Positions 1-9,636 of a stretch of 64,000 nt of DNA are shown in pieces (positions within the stretch are counted from its first letter, which is position 1; the number at the start of each line of letters is the position of its first letter). The notes below the pieces were generated by a model. That model ran no database searches. It was not told where the DNA came from and saw only the letters and a list, made by a program, of their open reading frames with translations. The stretch lies in the NCBI GenBank assembly GCA_965203055.1, contig OZ241863.1:2496001-2560000 (forward strand). Direction: 5' to 3'. Source of the DNA: Spirochaetia bacterium. GTDB lineage: Bacteria > Spirochaetota > Spirochaetia > SZUA-6 > Bin103. A program made the position numbers and the translations under genes.

Positions 1-3
1 CCT

Positions 4-957
4 ATGGCGGACCTGCGCGCGGTACGGCACCTGGCGCCTACCCGGCATTCCACGTGGCGGCGCGTTGCGCGCGTGCTGCACAAGGATCGCTATCTCTACC
101 TGATCTTCCTGCTGCCGTTCCTGTACTTCCTGATCTTCCACTACCTGCCGATCTACGGCGTCATCATCGCCTTCAAGGACTACAAGGTGGCGCTCGGCAT
201 CTGGGGTTCCAAGTGGGTCGGCCTGCGCTACTTCACCGAGTTCCTCGCCGATCCCTACGCCTGGAAGCTGATTCGCAACACCATGCTGCTGTCGCTGTAC
301 AGCATCATCTTCGGCTTTCCGGTGCCGATCATCCTGGCGCTGCTGCTCAACGAGTTGCGCGTCTCCTGGTTCAAGCGCGTGGTGCAGACGATCAGCTACC
401 TGCCGCACTTCATTTCGGTGGTGGTAGTGGCCGGGATGGTCTCCAACTTCCTGGCCAGCGAAGGCCTCGTGAACCGCATCATCGTGGCGCTGGGCGGCGA
501 GTCGTTCCAGTGGCTGATGCAGCCGCGCTGGTTTCCCTCCATCTACGTCATCTCCGGCATCTGGCAGCACGCCGGCTGGACCTCGATCATCTATCTGGCC
601 GCCCTGGCGGCGATCGACCCGGAACTGTACGAGGCGGCCACCATCGACGGCGCGGGACGGTTCCGGCAGATGCGCCACATCACCCTGCCCGGCATCGCCC
701 CCACCATCACCATCCTGCTGATCCTCGATCTCGGGCGTATCATGGTGGTCGGCTGGGAGAAGATCCTGCTGCTCTACACCGGCGCCACCTACGAGACCGC
801 CGACGTGCTGCAGACCTACATCTACCGCCGCGGCCTGGAGGGCGCCGACTTCAGCTACGCCACCGCGGTCGGCGTGTTCCAGGGGCTGGTGGGGCTGGCG
901 TTCGTGATCGGCGCCAACTACCTGTCGCGCCGCCTGTCGGACACCAGCCTGTGGTGA
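4..957 (+). CDS. Carbohydrate ABC transporter permease (LplB-like)
   Basis: Hydrophobic protein with EAA loop 'ELYEAATIDGAGRFRQMRHITLP' and the typical 'YLPHFIS' motif. Confidence 0.9.
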   Translation: MADLRAVRHLAPTRHSTWRRVARVLHKDRYLYLIFLLPFLYFLIFHYLPIYGVIIAFKDYKVALGIWGSKWVGLRYFTEFLADPYAWKLIRNTMLLSLYSIIFGFPVPIILALLLNELRVSWFKRVVQTISYLPHFISVVVVAGMVSNFLASEGLVNRIIVALGGESFQWLMQPRWFPSIYVISGIWQHAGWTSIIYLAALAAIDPELYEAATIDGAGRFRQMRHITLPGIAPTITILLILDLGRIMVVGWEKILLLYTGATYETADVLQTYIYRRGLEGADFSYATAVGVFQGLVGLAFVIGANYLSRRLSDTSLW

Positions 958-1865
958 AGTCGCTGCCGGCGGCGCGCTTGCGCGCCCTGCTGGGCGACCG
1001 CCCGCTCAGCTCCCATCTGTTCGACATGCTCAACATCGCGCTGCTGCTCGGCGTGATCTTCGTCACGCTCTACCCGATGTACTACATCGCTATCACATCG
1101 ATCTCCGACGGCAAGGAGGTGCTGCTCGGGCGGGTGCGCTTCTGGCCGCGCGGCCTCAACCTGCAATCCTACCAGAGCGTCCTGCGCGACCCGACCATCA
1201 TCCGCTCCCTGTTCAACTCCATCCTGTATACCTCGACCGGCACGCTGATCAACCTGGTGCTGTCCACCCTGTGCGCTTACCCGCTGTCGCGGCGCGACTT
1301 CTCGGGGCGCAAGCTGCTGACCCTGTACGCGGCGATCACCATGTTCTTCCAGGGCGGGTTGATCCCCCTCTACCTGGTGGTCCTCCAGCTCGGGCTGCTC
1401 GACACGATGTGGGCGATCGTGCTGGTACCGGCAATCAACCCCTTCTACATGTTCATCATGCGCACCTACTTTCAGGGCCAGCCGACGGCGCTGCACGAGG
1501 CGGCGATCATCGACGGCGCCAACGACGTGCAGATTCTGGGGCGCATCGTGGTGCCGCTGGCCAAGCCGATCATGGCCACCATGCTGCTGTTCTACGCCGT
1601 CCTGCACTGGAACAGCTTCTTACACGCGCTGATATTCCTAACCGAGAAGCGCCGCTACCCGCTGCAACTGATCTTGCGCAGCGTGGTCGTCGAGAGCACC
1701 TTCGATCAGATGAACGACATCGGCGCCGCCACCGACTTCATGGTGGTGGCGAAGACGATCCGGTTCTCGGTAATCATGGTTTCTACATTGCCCATTCTGT
1801 TGGTGTATCCCTTCCTGCAGAAGTATTTTGTGAAGGGCGTCATGATTGGCGCCCTGAAGGGATGA
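954..1865 (+). CDS. Carbohydrate ABC transporter permease (LplC-like)
   Basis: C-terminal part of ORF 54..1865. GTG at 954 overlaps the upstream TGA (GTGA). EAA motif 'EAAIIDGAND'; C-terminus 'YPFLQKYFVKGVMIGALKG'. Confidence 0.88.
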   Translation: MKSLPAARLRALLGDRPLSSHLFDMLNIALLLGVIFVTLYPMYYIAITSISDGKEVLLGRVRFWPRGLNLQSYQSVLRDPTIIRSLFNSILYTSTGTLINLVLSTLCAYPLSRRDFSGRKLLTLYAAITMFFQGGLIPLYLVVLQLGLLDTMWAIVLVPAINPFYMFIMRTYFQGQPTALHEAAIIDGANDVQILGRIVVPLAKPIMATMLLFYAVLHWNSFLHALIFLTEKRRYPLQLILRSVVVESTFDQMNDIGAATDFMVVAKTIRFSVIMVSTLPILLVYPFLQKYFVKGVMIGALKG

Positions 1866-1909
1866 TCACATACGATGCGCGCCGCGAGCGCGCGAAAGGA
1901 GTTTCAACG

Positions 1910-3427
1910 ATGAGGTTTTCGTATTTGGCGGCAGGGCTGGCCCTGCTGCTCGTTGCCGGCACGGCGTGGAGCGCCGGCGAGGCCGAGGGGGGCGCTGCCG
2001 ACGAGCGGGTGACCATCACCTACATGCGCCCGGAGCACCCGTCGTCGCCGATCGATCCCGAGGCGCCGGTGTATGAGGCGATCCGCGAGGCGCTCAACAT
2101 CGACCTGCGGATCGAGGCGATTCCGAGCGGCGACTTCGACGCCAAGGTGCAGCTCCTGCTCGGCACCGCGCAGCTTCCCGACGTTACGCGGCTGCGGCAG
2201 CGGAGCGTGAACGACTTCGCCGACTCCGGCGTGTTCCTGGCGCTCAACGAGCCGGTGCAAAATCAGGCGCCGGCGCTGTGGGCCAAGATCGACGCCATTC
2301 CCGACGCCAGGAAGACGTTCATCGACGGCACCATGTACTACGTGCCGCAGATGGATTCCTTTCAGAAGATCCTCGCCCCGATACCGATGATCCGGCGCGA
2401 CCTGCTGGACGACGTCGGGCTGGAAATGCCGGACAGCTTCGACGAGCTGTACGACACGCTGGCCGCGTTCAAGCGGGAGTTTCCCGACAGCCAGCCATGG
2501 ACGGTGCGCGGCGGTACGCGCAACCTGCTCAACCGGGCCGCGTTTCCCATGGGCATGGGCTGGAGCATCCACTGGGTGCCCTCCGAGCAGCGCTGGGTGT
2601 ACGGCACGGTAAAGCCGGAGTTCCGCACCATCCTGGAGTACTTCCGCCGCGCCTACGAGGAGGGCGTGCTCGATCCCGACTTCGCCATCAACTCGTCGAG
2701 CCAGTGGCACGAGAAGCTCGGCTCCGGCAAGTCGCTGTTCTACTACGACAACATGACCTTCGGGCTGAACTACACGCTCAGCCTGCGGCAGGTGAAGCCG
2801 GAAGCGTTGTTCTGGCCGGTCCCGGTCATGGAGAACGAGTTCGGGTCGCGGCGCAACTTCTCCTATCCCCGGCACTGGCTCTCCTCCGGCTTCGCGGTGG
2901 CCGCCGACAGCGATCACCACGGCCGCATCATGGAGCTGTTCAACTGGATGGCCGACGGCGCAGGCGAGATCATTACCAACTGGGGCCTGGAGGGCGAACA
3001 CTGGCACCGCGTCAACGGCGAAATCGAGGCGCTGCCGGAGGTGCTCGACACCTACCGCGGCGCGTCGGACCCGCAGCGCGCGATGCGCGCCGGCATCGGC
3101 ACCGGGCTGCTTCAGTTCGCGCTGATCGTGGATCAGAAGCCGATCTACTACTTCGATCCGCCGGAGGTGTCGGACTGGTACGCGCAGGTCAACTCCGATC
3201 CCCACATGCACCTGCCGGTGCTGCCGCCCGCCTTCAACGAGGAGGAGCGCGAGCGCCTGAAGCGCTTGATCACCGACGTCGACAACATCCTCAACCCGGC
3301 GCTCGACGGCTTCATCGTCGGCACGCTGCCGATGGATCAGTTCGACTCCGTGATGGAGCAGGCGATCGCCGCCGGCGCCGAGGAGATCGAGGAGATCTAC
3401 AACACCGCCGAAGCGCGCCTGCGCTAG
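1910..3427 (+). CDS. Carbohydrate ABC transporter extracellular solute-binding protein
   Basis: SD 'AAAGGAG' before ATG 1910; signal peptide MRFSYLAAGLALLLVAGTAWSA; family-1 SBP-like 'IRRDLLDDVGLEMP..FDELY'; follows two permeases. Confidence 0.88.
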   Translation: MRFSYLAAGLALLLVAGTAWSAGEAEGGAADERVTITYMRPEHPSSPIDPEAPVYEAIREALNIDLRIEAIPSGDFDAKVQLLLGTAQLPDVTRLRQRSVNDFADSGVFLALNEPVQNQAPALWAKIDAIPDARKTFIDGTMYYVPQMDSFQKILAPIPMIRRDLLDDVGLEMPDSFDELYDTLAAFKREFPDSQPWTVRGGTRNLLNRAAFPMGMGWSIHWVPSEQRWVYGTVKPEFRTILEYFRRAYEEGVLDPDFAINSSSQWHEKLGSGKSLFYYDNMTFGLNYTLSLRQVKPEALFWPVPVMENEFGSRRNFSYPRHWLSSGFAVAADSDHHGRIMELFNWMADGAGEIITNWGLEGEHWHRVNGEIEALPEVLDTYRGASDPQRAMRAGIGTGLLQFALIVDQKPIYYFDPPEVSDWYAQVNSDPHMHLPVLPPAFNEEERERLKRLITDVDNILNPALDGFIVGTLPMDQFDSVMEQAIAAGAEEIEEIYNTAEARLR

Positions 3428-3442
3428 CGTCTGTCCGTTTGG

Positions 3443-3488
3443 GCCGCGTGTCCGGCCGGCGGCGGTTGCCGCCGGCCGGACACGCGGC
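3443..3488. terminator. Perfect 21-bp inverted repeat between convergent genes (likely bidirectional terminator)
   Basis: gccgcgtgtccggccggcggc-GGTT-gccgccggccggacacgcggc. No U-tract. Confidence 0.7.
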
Positions 3489-3536
3489 AGTTCAGGGCTG
3501 GCGCACGCGCCGGAGAGCGCCCCCAAGCACCGCCAT

Positions 3537-4676
3537 CTACTGGTACGGATCGGCTGCGTCGCGCAGGCCGTCGCCGACGGCATTGAAGCAGAGCACGGTC
3601 ACTACGACGAAGAGCGCCGGGATCAGCAACCACCAGTGCAACGCGATCACGTTCACGTTCATGGCCTGCTGCAGGGCGACCCCCCAGCTCACCACCGGGG
3701 AGGTAAGACCAATGCCCAGGAAGCTGAGCGCGGTCTCGCCGAGAATCATGCCCGGTATCGCGAGCGTGACGTTTACGATCAGATAGCCGACGAAGTTGGG
3801 CAGCATGTGCCAGGTGATGATCCGGTAGTTGGTAGTGCCGCTCACCTTCGCCGCGGTGACGAAGTCCTCTTCCCTGAGCTGCAGGATCTTGCCGCGCACC
3901 GTACGCGCCAGCCCGGTCCAACCAAGGATGGAGAGGATCACCGACATCAGGAAGTACTTGGTCACCGTAGGCCACTCCAGCGGTATCGCCGCCCCCAGCG
4001 CCATCCAGAGTGGCAGCGTGGGCAGCGCCTCGATGAACTCCACGATGCGCTGGATGCCCAGGTCCACGCCGCCGCCGAGCAGGCCGGAGGCGCCGCCGAG
4101 CAGGGCGCCGAGCACGAAGCTGAGCGCGATGCCCACCAGGCCGATGGAAAGCGAGATCTGGGCGCCGTGGATGATTCGCGAGAATACGTCGCGGCCGAGG
4201 TCGTCGGCGCCGAACAGATAGACTACGCCCGGGTCGTCGACCCCGAACAGGCGCAGGTCGGCGTCGAACAGCCCCCAGAGCGTGTAGGGGGGCCCCTTGA
4301 CGAACAGTCTGAGCGGATAGCGCGTCTCCCGGTCTTCGGAGTACACCATCAGGAACGTGTCCATGTCCCGCTCCCGCGCCACGCCGTACACGAACGGCCG
4401 GTGCAGTCTTCCGTCATGGAAGAGGTGGATCCGCGCCGGCGGCAGCAACGCCAGTTCCGTCCTGCTCTGAATCTTGTCGTAGGGGGCGAAGAACCCGGCA
4501 AAGGCAGCCATGAAGTACAACAGCGCCAGAATCACCGCCGCCGCCACGGCCAGCTTGTGGCGGCCGAATCTGCGCCGCATCAGCTCCCAATGGGAAGCGA
4601 CGTAGTACTGTTCCCGTTCCGCCTCGGTGCGCCCGGTCGTGACACGCGGCCGCGGCGCCTGCGTTTCGGCGCTCAT
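3537..4676 (-). CDS. Peptide/nickel-family ABC permease (DppC/OppC-like)
   Basis: Start MSAETQ at 4676 overlaps the upstream stop. Motifs 'FGADDLGRDVFSR', 'HMLPN', 'ETALSFLGIG', 'GDGLRDAADP'. Confidence 0.9.
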   Translation of the reverse strand: MSAETQAPRPRVTTGRTEAEREQYYVASHWELMRRRFGRHKLAVAAAVILALLYFMAAFAGFFAPYDKIQSRTELALLPPARIHLFHDGRLHRPFVYGVARERDMDTFLMVYSEDRETRYPLRLFVKGPPYTLWGLFDADLRLFGVDDPGVVYLFGADDLGRDVFSRIIHGAQISLSIGLVGIALSFVLGALLGGASGLLGGGVDLGIQRIVEFIEALPTLPLWMALGAAIPLEWPTVTKYFLMSVILSILGWTGLARTVRGKILQLREEDFVTAAKVSGTTNYRIITWHMLPNFVGYLIVNVTLAIPGMILGETALSFLGIGLTSPVVSWGVALQQAMNVNVIALHWWLLIPALFVVVTVLCFNAVGDGLRDAADPYQ

Positions 4677-5671
4677 CACGTCTGCCGCTCGAAGCGGATG
4701 CGCGGATCCACCACCACCAGCAAGAGATCGGACAACAGCGTACCGAACAGCCCCAGCGACCCCAGGAACAGTATCAGGCTGGCGGCAATCTGCAGATCCT
4801 GCTCGATGACCGCGGTCAACAACAGCGGCCCGACGGTAGGCAGGCTGAGCACGATCGACACGATCGCCTCGCCGGAGACGATTCCCACCAGCAGACCGGC
4901 CGTCCCGGACACGATCGGATTGATCGCCAGCCGGATCGGGTACTTGAACAGCAGGCGGCCCTCGGCGACCCCTTTCGCGCGCGCGGCCACGACGTATTGC
5001 CTGGCCAGTTCGTCCATGAGGGAAGTGCGCAACACGCGGATCATGCCGGCCGTGCCCGCGGTACCGATCACGATCAGCGGCACCGGCAGATGCTTCAACA
5101 GGTCGATCACCTTGCCGAAACTCCACGGCTCGATCAGGTACTCGGGCGAGAACAGGCCGCCCGGGCTCCAGCCGAAGTAGCGCTGGAAGACGAACATCAG
5201 GATGAGCGCCAGCAGGAAATTGGGCGTGGCCAAGCCCATGAACCCGAACACGGTGCCGGCGTAGTCCCCGGCCGAGTAGGGGTGAGTCGCGGAGTAGATC
5301 CCGATTGGCACTGCGATGAGCCAGGTGACTACCAGGGTGGACAGCGACAGAACGATCGACAGGAAGATGCGCTCCCCGATCAGCTCCGAGACCGGTCTGT
5401 TGTACGCGGCCGACTCGCCGAAGTCGCCGCGAAAGATAATGTTGGTGATCCACTTGTAGTACTGGACGTAGAAGGGATCCTTGAAGCCCCAGCGGCGGTT
5501 GAGTGCTTCGATGGCAGATTCGTCCAGAGTCACCCCGAACCGCTCCATGTAGTACACGAAGTTGTCTATCCAGTCTCCCGGCGGCAGTTGGATGATGGCA
5601 AAGGCGACGAAGGACAGCATCGTGAGCAGCAGGACCATGTAGAACAGGCGCCGCACGATGTAACTGCCCAT
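4676..5671 (-). CDS. Peptide/nickel-family ABC permease (DppB/OppB-like)
   Basis: Motifs 'IIQLPPGD', 'GDFGES', 'ARAKG', 'DPRIR'. Start is 5671 or 5674. Confidence 0.9.
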   Translation of the reverse strand: MGSYIVRRLFYMVLLLTMLSFVAFAIIQLPPGDWIDNFVYYMERFGVTLDESAIEALNRRWGFKDPFYVQYYKWITNIIFRGDFGESAAYNRPVSELIGERIFLSIVLSLSTLVVTWLIAVPIGIYSATHPYSAGDYAGTVFGFMGLATPNFLLALILMFVFQRYFGWSPGGLFSPEYLIEPWSFGKVIDLLKHLPVPLIVIGTAGTAGMIRVLRTSLMDELARQYVVAARAKGVAEGRLLFKYPIRLAINPIVSGTAGLLVGIVSGEAIVSIVLSLPTVGPLLLTAVIEQDLQIAASLILFLGSLGLFGTLLSDLLLVVVDPRIRFERQT

Positions 5672-5677
5672 CATCGG

Positions 5678-5706
5678 AACGTAGAGCGCCCCTCGACCGC
5701 TGTCAA
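5678..5706 (-). promoter_or_regulatory. Sigma-70 promoter for the dppB-like gene (leaderless geometry)
   Basis: TTGACA-17 nt-TACGTT, then 6 nt to ATG 5671. Confidence 0.65.
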
Positions 5707-5778
5707 GCCAGCCCTTGCGCCGGCCGGCGGCCGCCCCGCCCCGGGGACGACCGCCGTGACTGCGGGGCTAGCGCGCGT

Positions 5779-7692
5779 TCAACTCTTGAAGAAGAACTGG
5801 TCGACGTAGTAGTTGAAGCCGATGTCGCCCTCGAAGAAGGGCGGAACCTTGTCCGGCACGTTGACCAGATTGGAGCGGTACACCATCACCATCGGAGCGG
5901 CCTGGGTGACGCCGATGTTCCACAGATTCTCGGCCTGCAGCTCCCAGGCCGCGGCACTGAGCCGCTTCTGTTCAGGGCTGCCGAAGGGGTGCTTCTTGCT
6001 CTGCACGATCTGCGTCTCGAAGTACTCCATCAGCTCCGGCGGCGGCTCTTCGCCCGGCAGAGCGCCGGTCTCGCCGGAGCGGCCGGTCCTGCGCTTGTGC
6101 ATCTCATCCCACCAGATCCAGTACTGGTGCGCCATGTGGGAGAGCGATTGATTGATGCCGCCGGTGGTGCTCAGGTAGTCCTGCATCTCGCCGATGGTCT
6201 CGTTCCAGCGGACGAAGTCGATCGTTCCGCCCGACATGCCCTGGTCGATCACCGAGATGTCCGCGGGCCGCAGTTCCAGGCCGATTCCGACCGCTTCGAA
6301 GTCCTCCTTCACCAGTTCGTAGGCGCGCAACGGCGTCTTGCCCGAGAACGCGTTTATCACGATGAACGGCTCGCCGTCGGGCAGCAGCCTGATGCCGTCG
6401 GCGTTGCGCTTGTCCAGACCGATGGCGTCGAGCATGCGGTTGGCCTGGTCCGGGGCATGGCGCGCGTAGGGGTGAGCTTCTCCCCACTCCGGCCGGTAGA
6501 TGCCGGCCAGCTTGGTGATCGTCATCTGCGACGGCGTACCCTGGCCGAGCCACTGCACTTCGTTGATCCGTTCGCGGTCGATCGCCAGTGAGATGGCACG
6601 CCGGAACTCCAGATTTTCGAAGTACTTCCGCTTGGCGGAATCCTTGACGTTGAGGTTGAACGCGTAGGCCAGGCCGACGCCCTCGAACCAGGATTCGATC
6701 AGATTGAGCCGGTAGTTGCCGGCGTTCCGCCCCTGTCTCAGGAGCGGGTAGGCATCCAGGGTCATCATGGCGTAGTCGGCTTCGCCGCCGATCACCTTCA
6801 GCCTGGTGGCCTCGCGGTCCTCCACGATCTGTATCAGACCCGAGTCGATGTAGGGAAGCTGCTGTCCGGCGCTGTCCACCGCGAAGTAGTAGGGGTTGCG
6901 TTCCTTGAGGCGGAAGGTGGGCTGCACGTCGACGAGCATGAACGGCGCCATGGTGGGCCGGTTGATGTCCCGCTGCGGGCAACAGAACGTCGAGTGATCG
7001 GCGAACGCCTCCTGCCAGTTCTCGAAGCCCTCCTCCTGCGCCTTCGCGTTGGCATCTTCGTTGTACTCGATGTGCCACTGCTTCAACCACGTGCTCGGCT
7101 GGTAGAACGTCCAGTCGGTGCCCTTGTAGGTCACCAGGTCGTTCAACACCTTGGGGTACGGCTCGCTGTACTCGATCACCACCGTATGGTCATCCACGGC
7201 GGTGACGGAGTTGACTTGCGAGGGCATTCCCCACACGTAGCCCAGCTCCTTCTTCTGCATCTCATTGAAGTGGAACGAGACGTCATGGGCGGTGAATGGA
7301 TCGCCGTTGGACCACTTGGTTCCTTCCCGCAGTGTCAGGGTGAAGGTCCGGTAGTCGTCGGAGAGATCGAAGTCCAGGGCCAGATCCGGCTCCAGCGATC
7401 CGTCGAAGCCCATTCGGATCGGGGTCGGAGTTCCCTCGGGATTCTCTCCCACCAGCGGCGCCCACGGATTCGGGCCAGTGCCGAAGACCAGAAGCCGCCC
7501 GCCATAGGTGCCCACTTCGTGAAAGGTTTCGCGCACTTTCGGCTCCAGCGGCAGCCGCTCCTCCACCGGTGGCAGCTCGCCCGCGGCAACCATAGCCGCA
7601 AGCATGGGAGCCTCCCGGTAGTCGCCCGGAGCGGCCCAGGCGAAGGCGACCATCAGCGGCACGACCGCTGCCATCAACAGGAACCTTTTCAT
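5779..7692 (-). CDS. ABC transporter substrate-binding protein, family 5
   Basis: SD AGGAGG; signal peptide MKRFLLMAAVVPLMVAFAWA; motifs 'EAPMLA..V.AGELPPVEERLP', 'KWSNGDPFTA.DV', 'QLPYID', 'FRRAISLAIDR'. This subfamily often binds oligosaccharides. Confidence 0.9.
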   Translation of the reverse strand: MKRFLLMAAVVPLMVAFAWAAPGDYREAPMLAAMVAAGELPPVEERLPLEPKVRETFHEVGTYGGRLLVFGTGPNPWAPLVGENPEGTPTPIRMGFDGSLEPDLALDFDLSDDYRTFTLTLREGTKWSNGDPFTAHDVSFHFNEMQKKELGYVWGMPSQVNSVTAVDDHTVVIEYSEPYPKVLNDLVTYKGTDWTFYQPSTWLKQWHIEYNEDANAKAQEEGFENWQEAFADHSTFCCPQRDINRPTMAPFMLVDVQPTFRLKERNPYYFAVDSAGQQLPYIDSGLIQIVEDREATRLKVIGGEADYAMMTLDAYPLLRQGRNAGNYRLNLIESWFEGVGLAYAFNLNVKDSAKRKYFENLEFRRAISLAIDRERINEVQWLGQGTPSQMTITKLAGIYRPEWGEAHPYARHAPDQANRMLDAIGLDKRNADGIRLLPDGEPFIVINAFSGKTPLRAYELVKEDFEAVGIGLELRPADISVIDQGMSGGTIDFVRWNETIGEMQDYLSTTGGINQSLSHMAHQYWIWWDEMHKRRTGRSGETGALPGEEPPPELMEYFETQIVQSKKHPFGSPEQKRLSAAAWELQAENLWNIGVTQAAPMVMVYRSNLVNVPDKVPPFFEGDIGFNYYVDQFFFKS

Positions 7693-7717
7693 GGTGTCGT
7701 CCCTCCTGTAGCCGGCC

Positions 7718-7746
7718 ACGCTACGGGATGCGCCGGCAGTTGTCAA
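7718..7746 (-). promoter_or_regulatory. Sigma-70 promoter for the family-5 SBP
   Basis: TTGACA-17 nt-TAGCGT upstream of the SD and ATG. Confidence 0.6.
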
Positions 7747-7824
7747 ACAAGCCGGAATCGCTGCGGGACCGCTCCTTGCGCCGCGCCGGCGACCGCACCG
7801 GCGGCCCAAGTCATTGAGCGGCCT

Positions 7825-8673
7825 CTAGCCGCGCACCGCGCCGCCGGTCAGGCCGCCGACGACGTAGCGCTGCAGTACCAGGTAGAGCACGATCACCGGG
7901 ACGGTGGCGACGACCGCCGCGGCCATGATGTTTTCCCAGCGCATCGACATGATGCCGAAGTAGTAGACGTGAATGCCCGGCCCCAGCGGCCGCGCGCGCG
8001 GCGTGGTGGTCAGCGCCAGGGCGTAGAGGAACTCGCGCCATGACATCAGAAACGACACCACGCCCGCGGTGACCAGACCGGGCGCGATCATCGGGCAGAC
8101 GATGCGGATCAGGATCCCCAGGCGGCTGCTCCCGTCGATCGCCGCGGCTTCCTCTATCTCGCGCGGCACGGTGTCGATGTATCCCTTCAGCAGCCACGCG
8201 CTGAACGGCAGGGCGATGGCGGTGTGCGCCAGAATCACCGCGGCGTGGGTATCGAGCAGGCGCGCGCGCACGAAGTAGATGTAGATCGGAATCAGCAGCA
8301 GCGCCATCGGGAACATCTGGCTCATCAGGATGAACACCATCACCGAACGCCGCGCCGGCACCGGAAAGCGCGCCAGCGAGTAGCCGGCCAGCGCGCCGGC
8401 GGCGAGGCACAGCGCCACCGTGCCCGCCCCCACGAGCATGCTGTTGAGGAAGAAGCGCAGCACCGCGCGGTCCTCGTTCAGCAGGCGCCCGTAGTTGATC
8501 AGCACCGGGCGCTGCGGGACGAACTGCGGCGGCGTCCGGTAGGCGTCCTGCTTGGCCTTGAACGAGGTGTTGAGCATCCAATAGAAGGGGAACAGGCTGA
8601 ACAGCAGGTAGGCCGCCAGGAACAGCGCCACCACCGCCAGCGCCGCCGGGCTGCGCCGCTGAACCAGGCTCAT
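7825..8673 (-). CDS. Carbohydrate ABC permease (MalG-like)
   Basis: Start MSLVQRR overlaps the upstream stop (ATGA). EAA motif 'EIEEAAAIDGSSR'; C-terminus 'GLTGGAVRG'. Confidence 0.9.
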   Translation of the reverse strand: MSLVQRRSPAALAVVALFLAAYLLFSLFPFYWMLNTSFKAKQDAYRTPPQFVPQRPVLINYGRLLNEDRAVLRFFLNSMLVGAGTVALCLAAGALAGYSLARFPVPARRSVMVFILMSQMFPMALLLIPIYIYFVRARLLDTHAAVILAHTAIALPFSAWLLKGYIDTVPREIEEAAAIDGSSRLGILIRIVCPMIAPGLVTAGVVSFLMSWREFLYALALTTTPRARPLGPGIHVYYFGIMSMRWENIMAAAVVATVPVIVLYLVLQRYVVGGLTGGAVRG

Positions 8674-9569
8674 GCGCGCCGCTCTCCGCGGTCGACCAGC
8701 TTCAGGTAGATCACCACGAACACCAGCAGGTAGCAGAACCAGGTCACCCCGATCGCCGACGCCTTGCCGAGCCGCGCGGCGTTGAACGCCGTCTCGTACA
8801 CGTAGAGCGCCAGCGTCTCGGTGGCGTAGCCGGGACCGCCCTGGGTGAGCATGTAGACGATGACGAAGTTCTGGATCGTGTAGATGACGCGCAGGATGGT
8901 CGCGATGGTGATGATCGGCAGCAGCAGCGGCAGCACCACCAGGCGGAACCGCTGCCCGAAGGTGGCGCCGTCCACCACCGCCGCCTCCACCAGCTCCGCC
9001 GGGATCGCCTGCAGGCCGGCGAGCAGGGTCACCATGATGAACGGCACCGACGACCACACGAACACCCCGTTCACCGCCGCCATCGACAAGGTGCCGTCAG
9101 CCAGCCACGGCAGGTTGCCGGCCGCGAGCCCGGCGGCGCGGAGCAGGTAGTTCACGATCCCGGTCTCGGTGCTCAACATCCAGTTCCAGGTCACGCCGAT
9201 CACCACCCCCGGCACCAGCCACGGCACGATGAACAGCGCCCGCAGCAACCCGCGCCCGGCCGTGAGACCGTTCAACGCCAGCGCCAGCGCCATGCCGATC
9301 ACCACGCTGCCGGCCACCGACGCGCCGGTGATGAAGAAGGTGTTGCCGACCACCTGCCAGTAGGTGGGATCGGTGAAGATCTGCTGATAGTTGCGCAGGC
9401 CGACCAGCGGCTGCGTGCGAATGTTGATCAGGTTGGTGGAGGTAACGCTGAGCCGCATCGCGTCCAGCAACGGGAACAGGATGATGCCGGCGATGATGGC
9501 GAACGCCGGGAGCAGCAGCGCCACCCCGAACGCCCGATCGCCCAGCAGTTGGCGGCCGCCCGTGATCAT
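8670..9569 (-). CDS. Carbohydrate ABC permease (MalF/UgpA-like)
   Basis: Motifs 'VGLRNY', 'LAGLQAIPAELVEAAVVDGA', 'LTQGGPG.ATE'. Confidence 0.9.
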   Translation of the reverse strand: MITGGRQLLGDRAFGVALLLPAFAIIAGIILFPLLDAMRLSVTSTNLINIRTQPLVGLRNYQQIFTDPTYWQVVGNTFFITGASVAGSVVIGMALALALNGLTAGRGLLRALFIVPWLVPGVVIGVTWNWMLSTETGIVNYLLRAAGLAAGNLPWLADGTLSMAAVNGVFVWSSVPFIMVTLLAGLQAIPAELVEAAVVDGATFGQRFRLVVLPLLLPIITIATILRVIYTIQNFVIVYMLTQGGPGYATETLALYVYETAFNAARLGKASAIGVTWFCYLLVFVVIYLKLVDRGERRA

Positions 9570-9596
9570 TTGGGTGAGATGCCGGCGGTTCGGTCA

Positions 9597-9626
9597 GGCA
9601 GGCCCGCCGCCGCGCGCGGACCTGCC
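9597..9626 (-). other. Intercistronic stem-loop between the SBP and the permease
   Basis: Minus-strand ggcaggtccgc...gcgggcctgcc forms an 11-bp stem with one G-U pair. This is the typical position of an SBP-mRNA stabiliser or attenuator. Confidence 0.45.
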
Positions 9627-9636
9627 CGGCAACCGG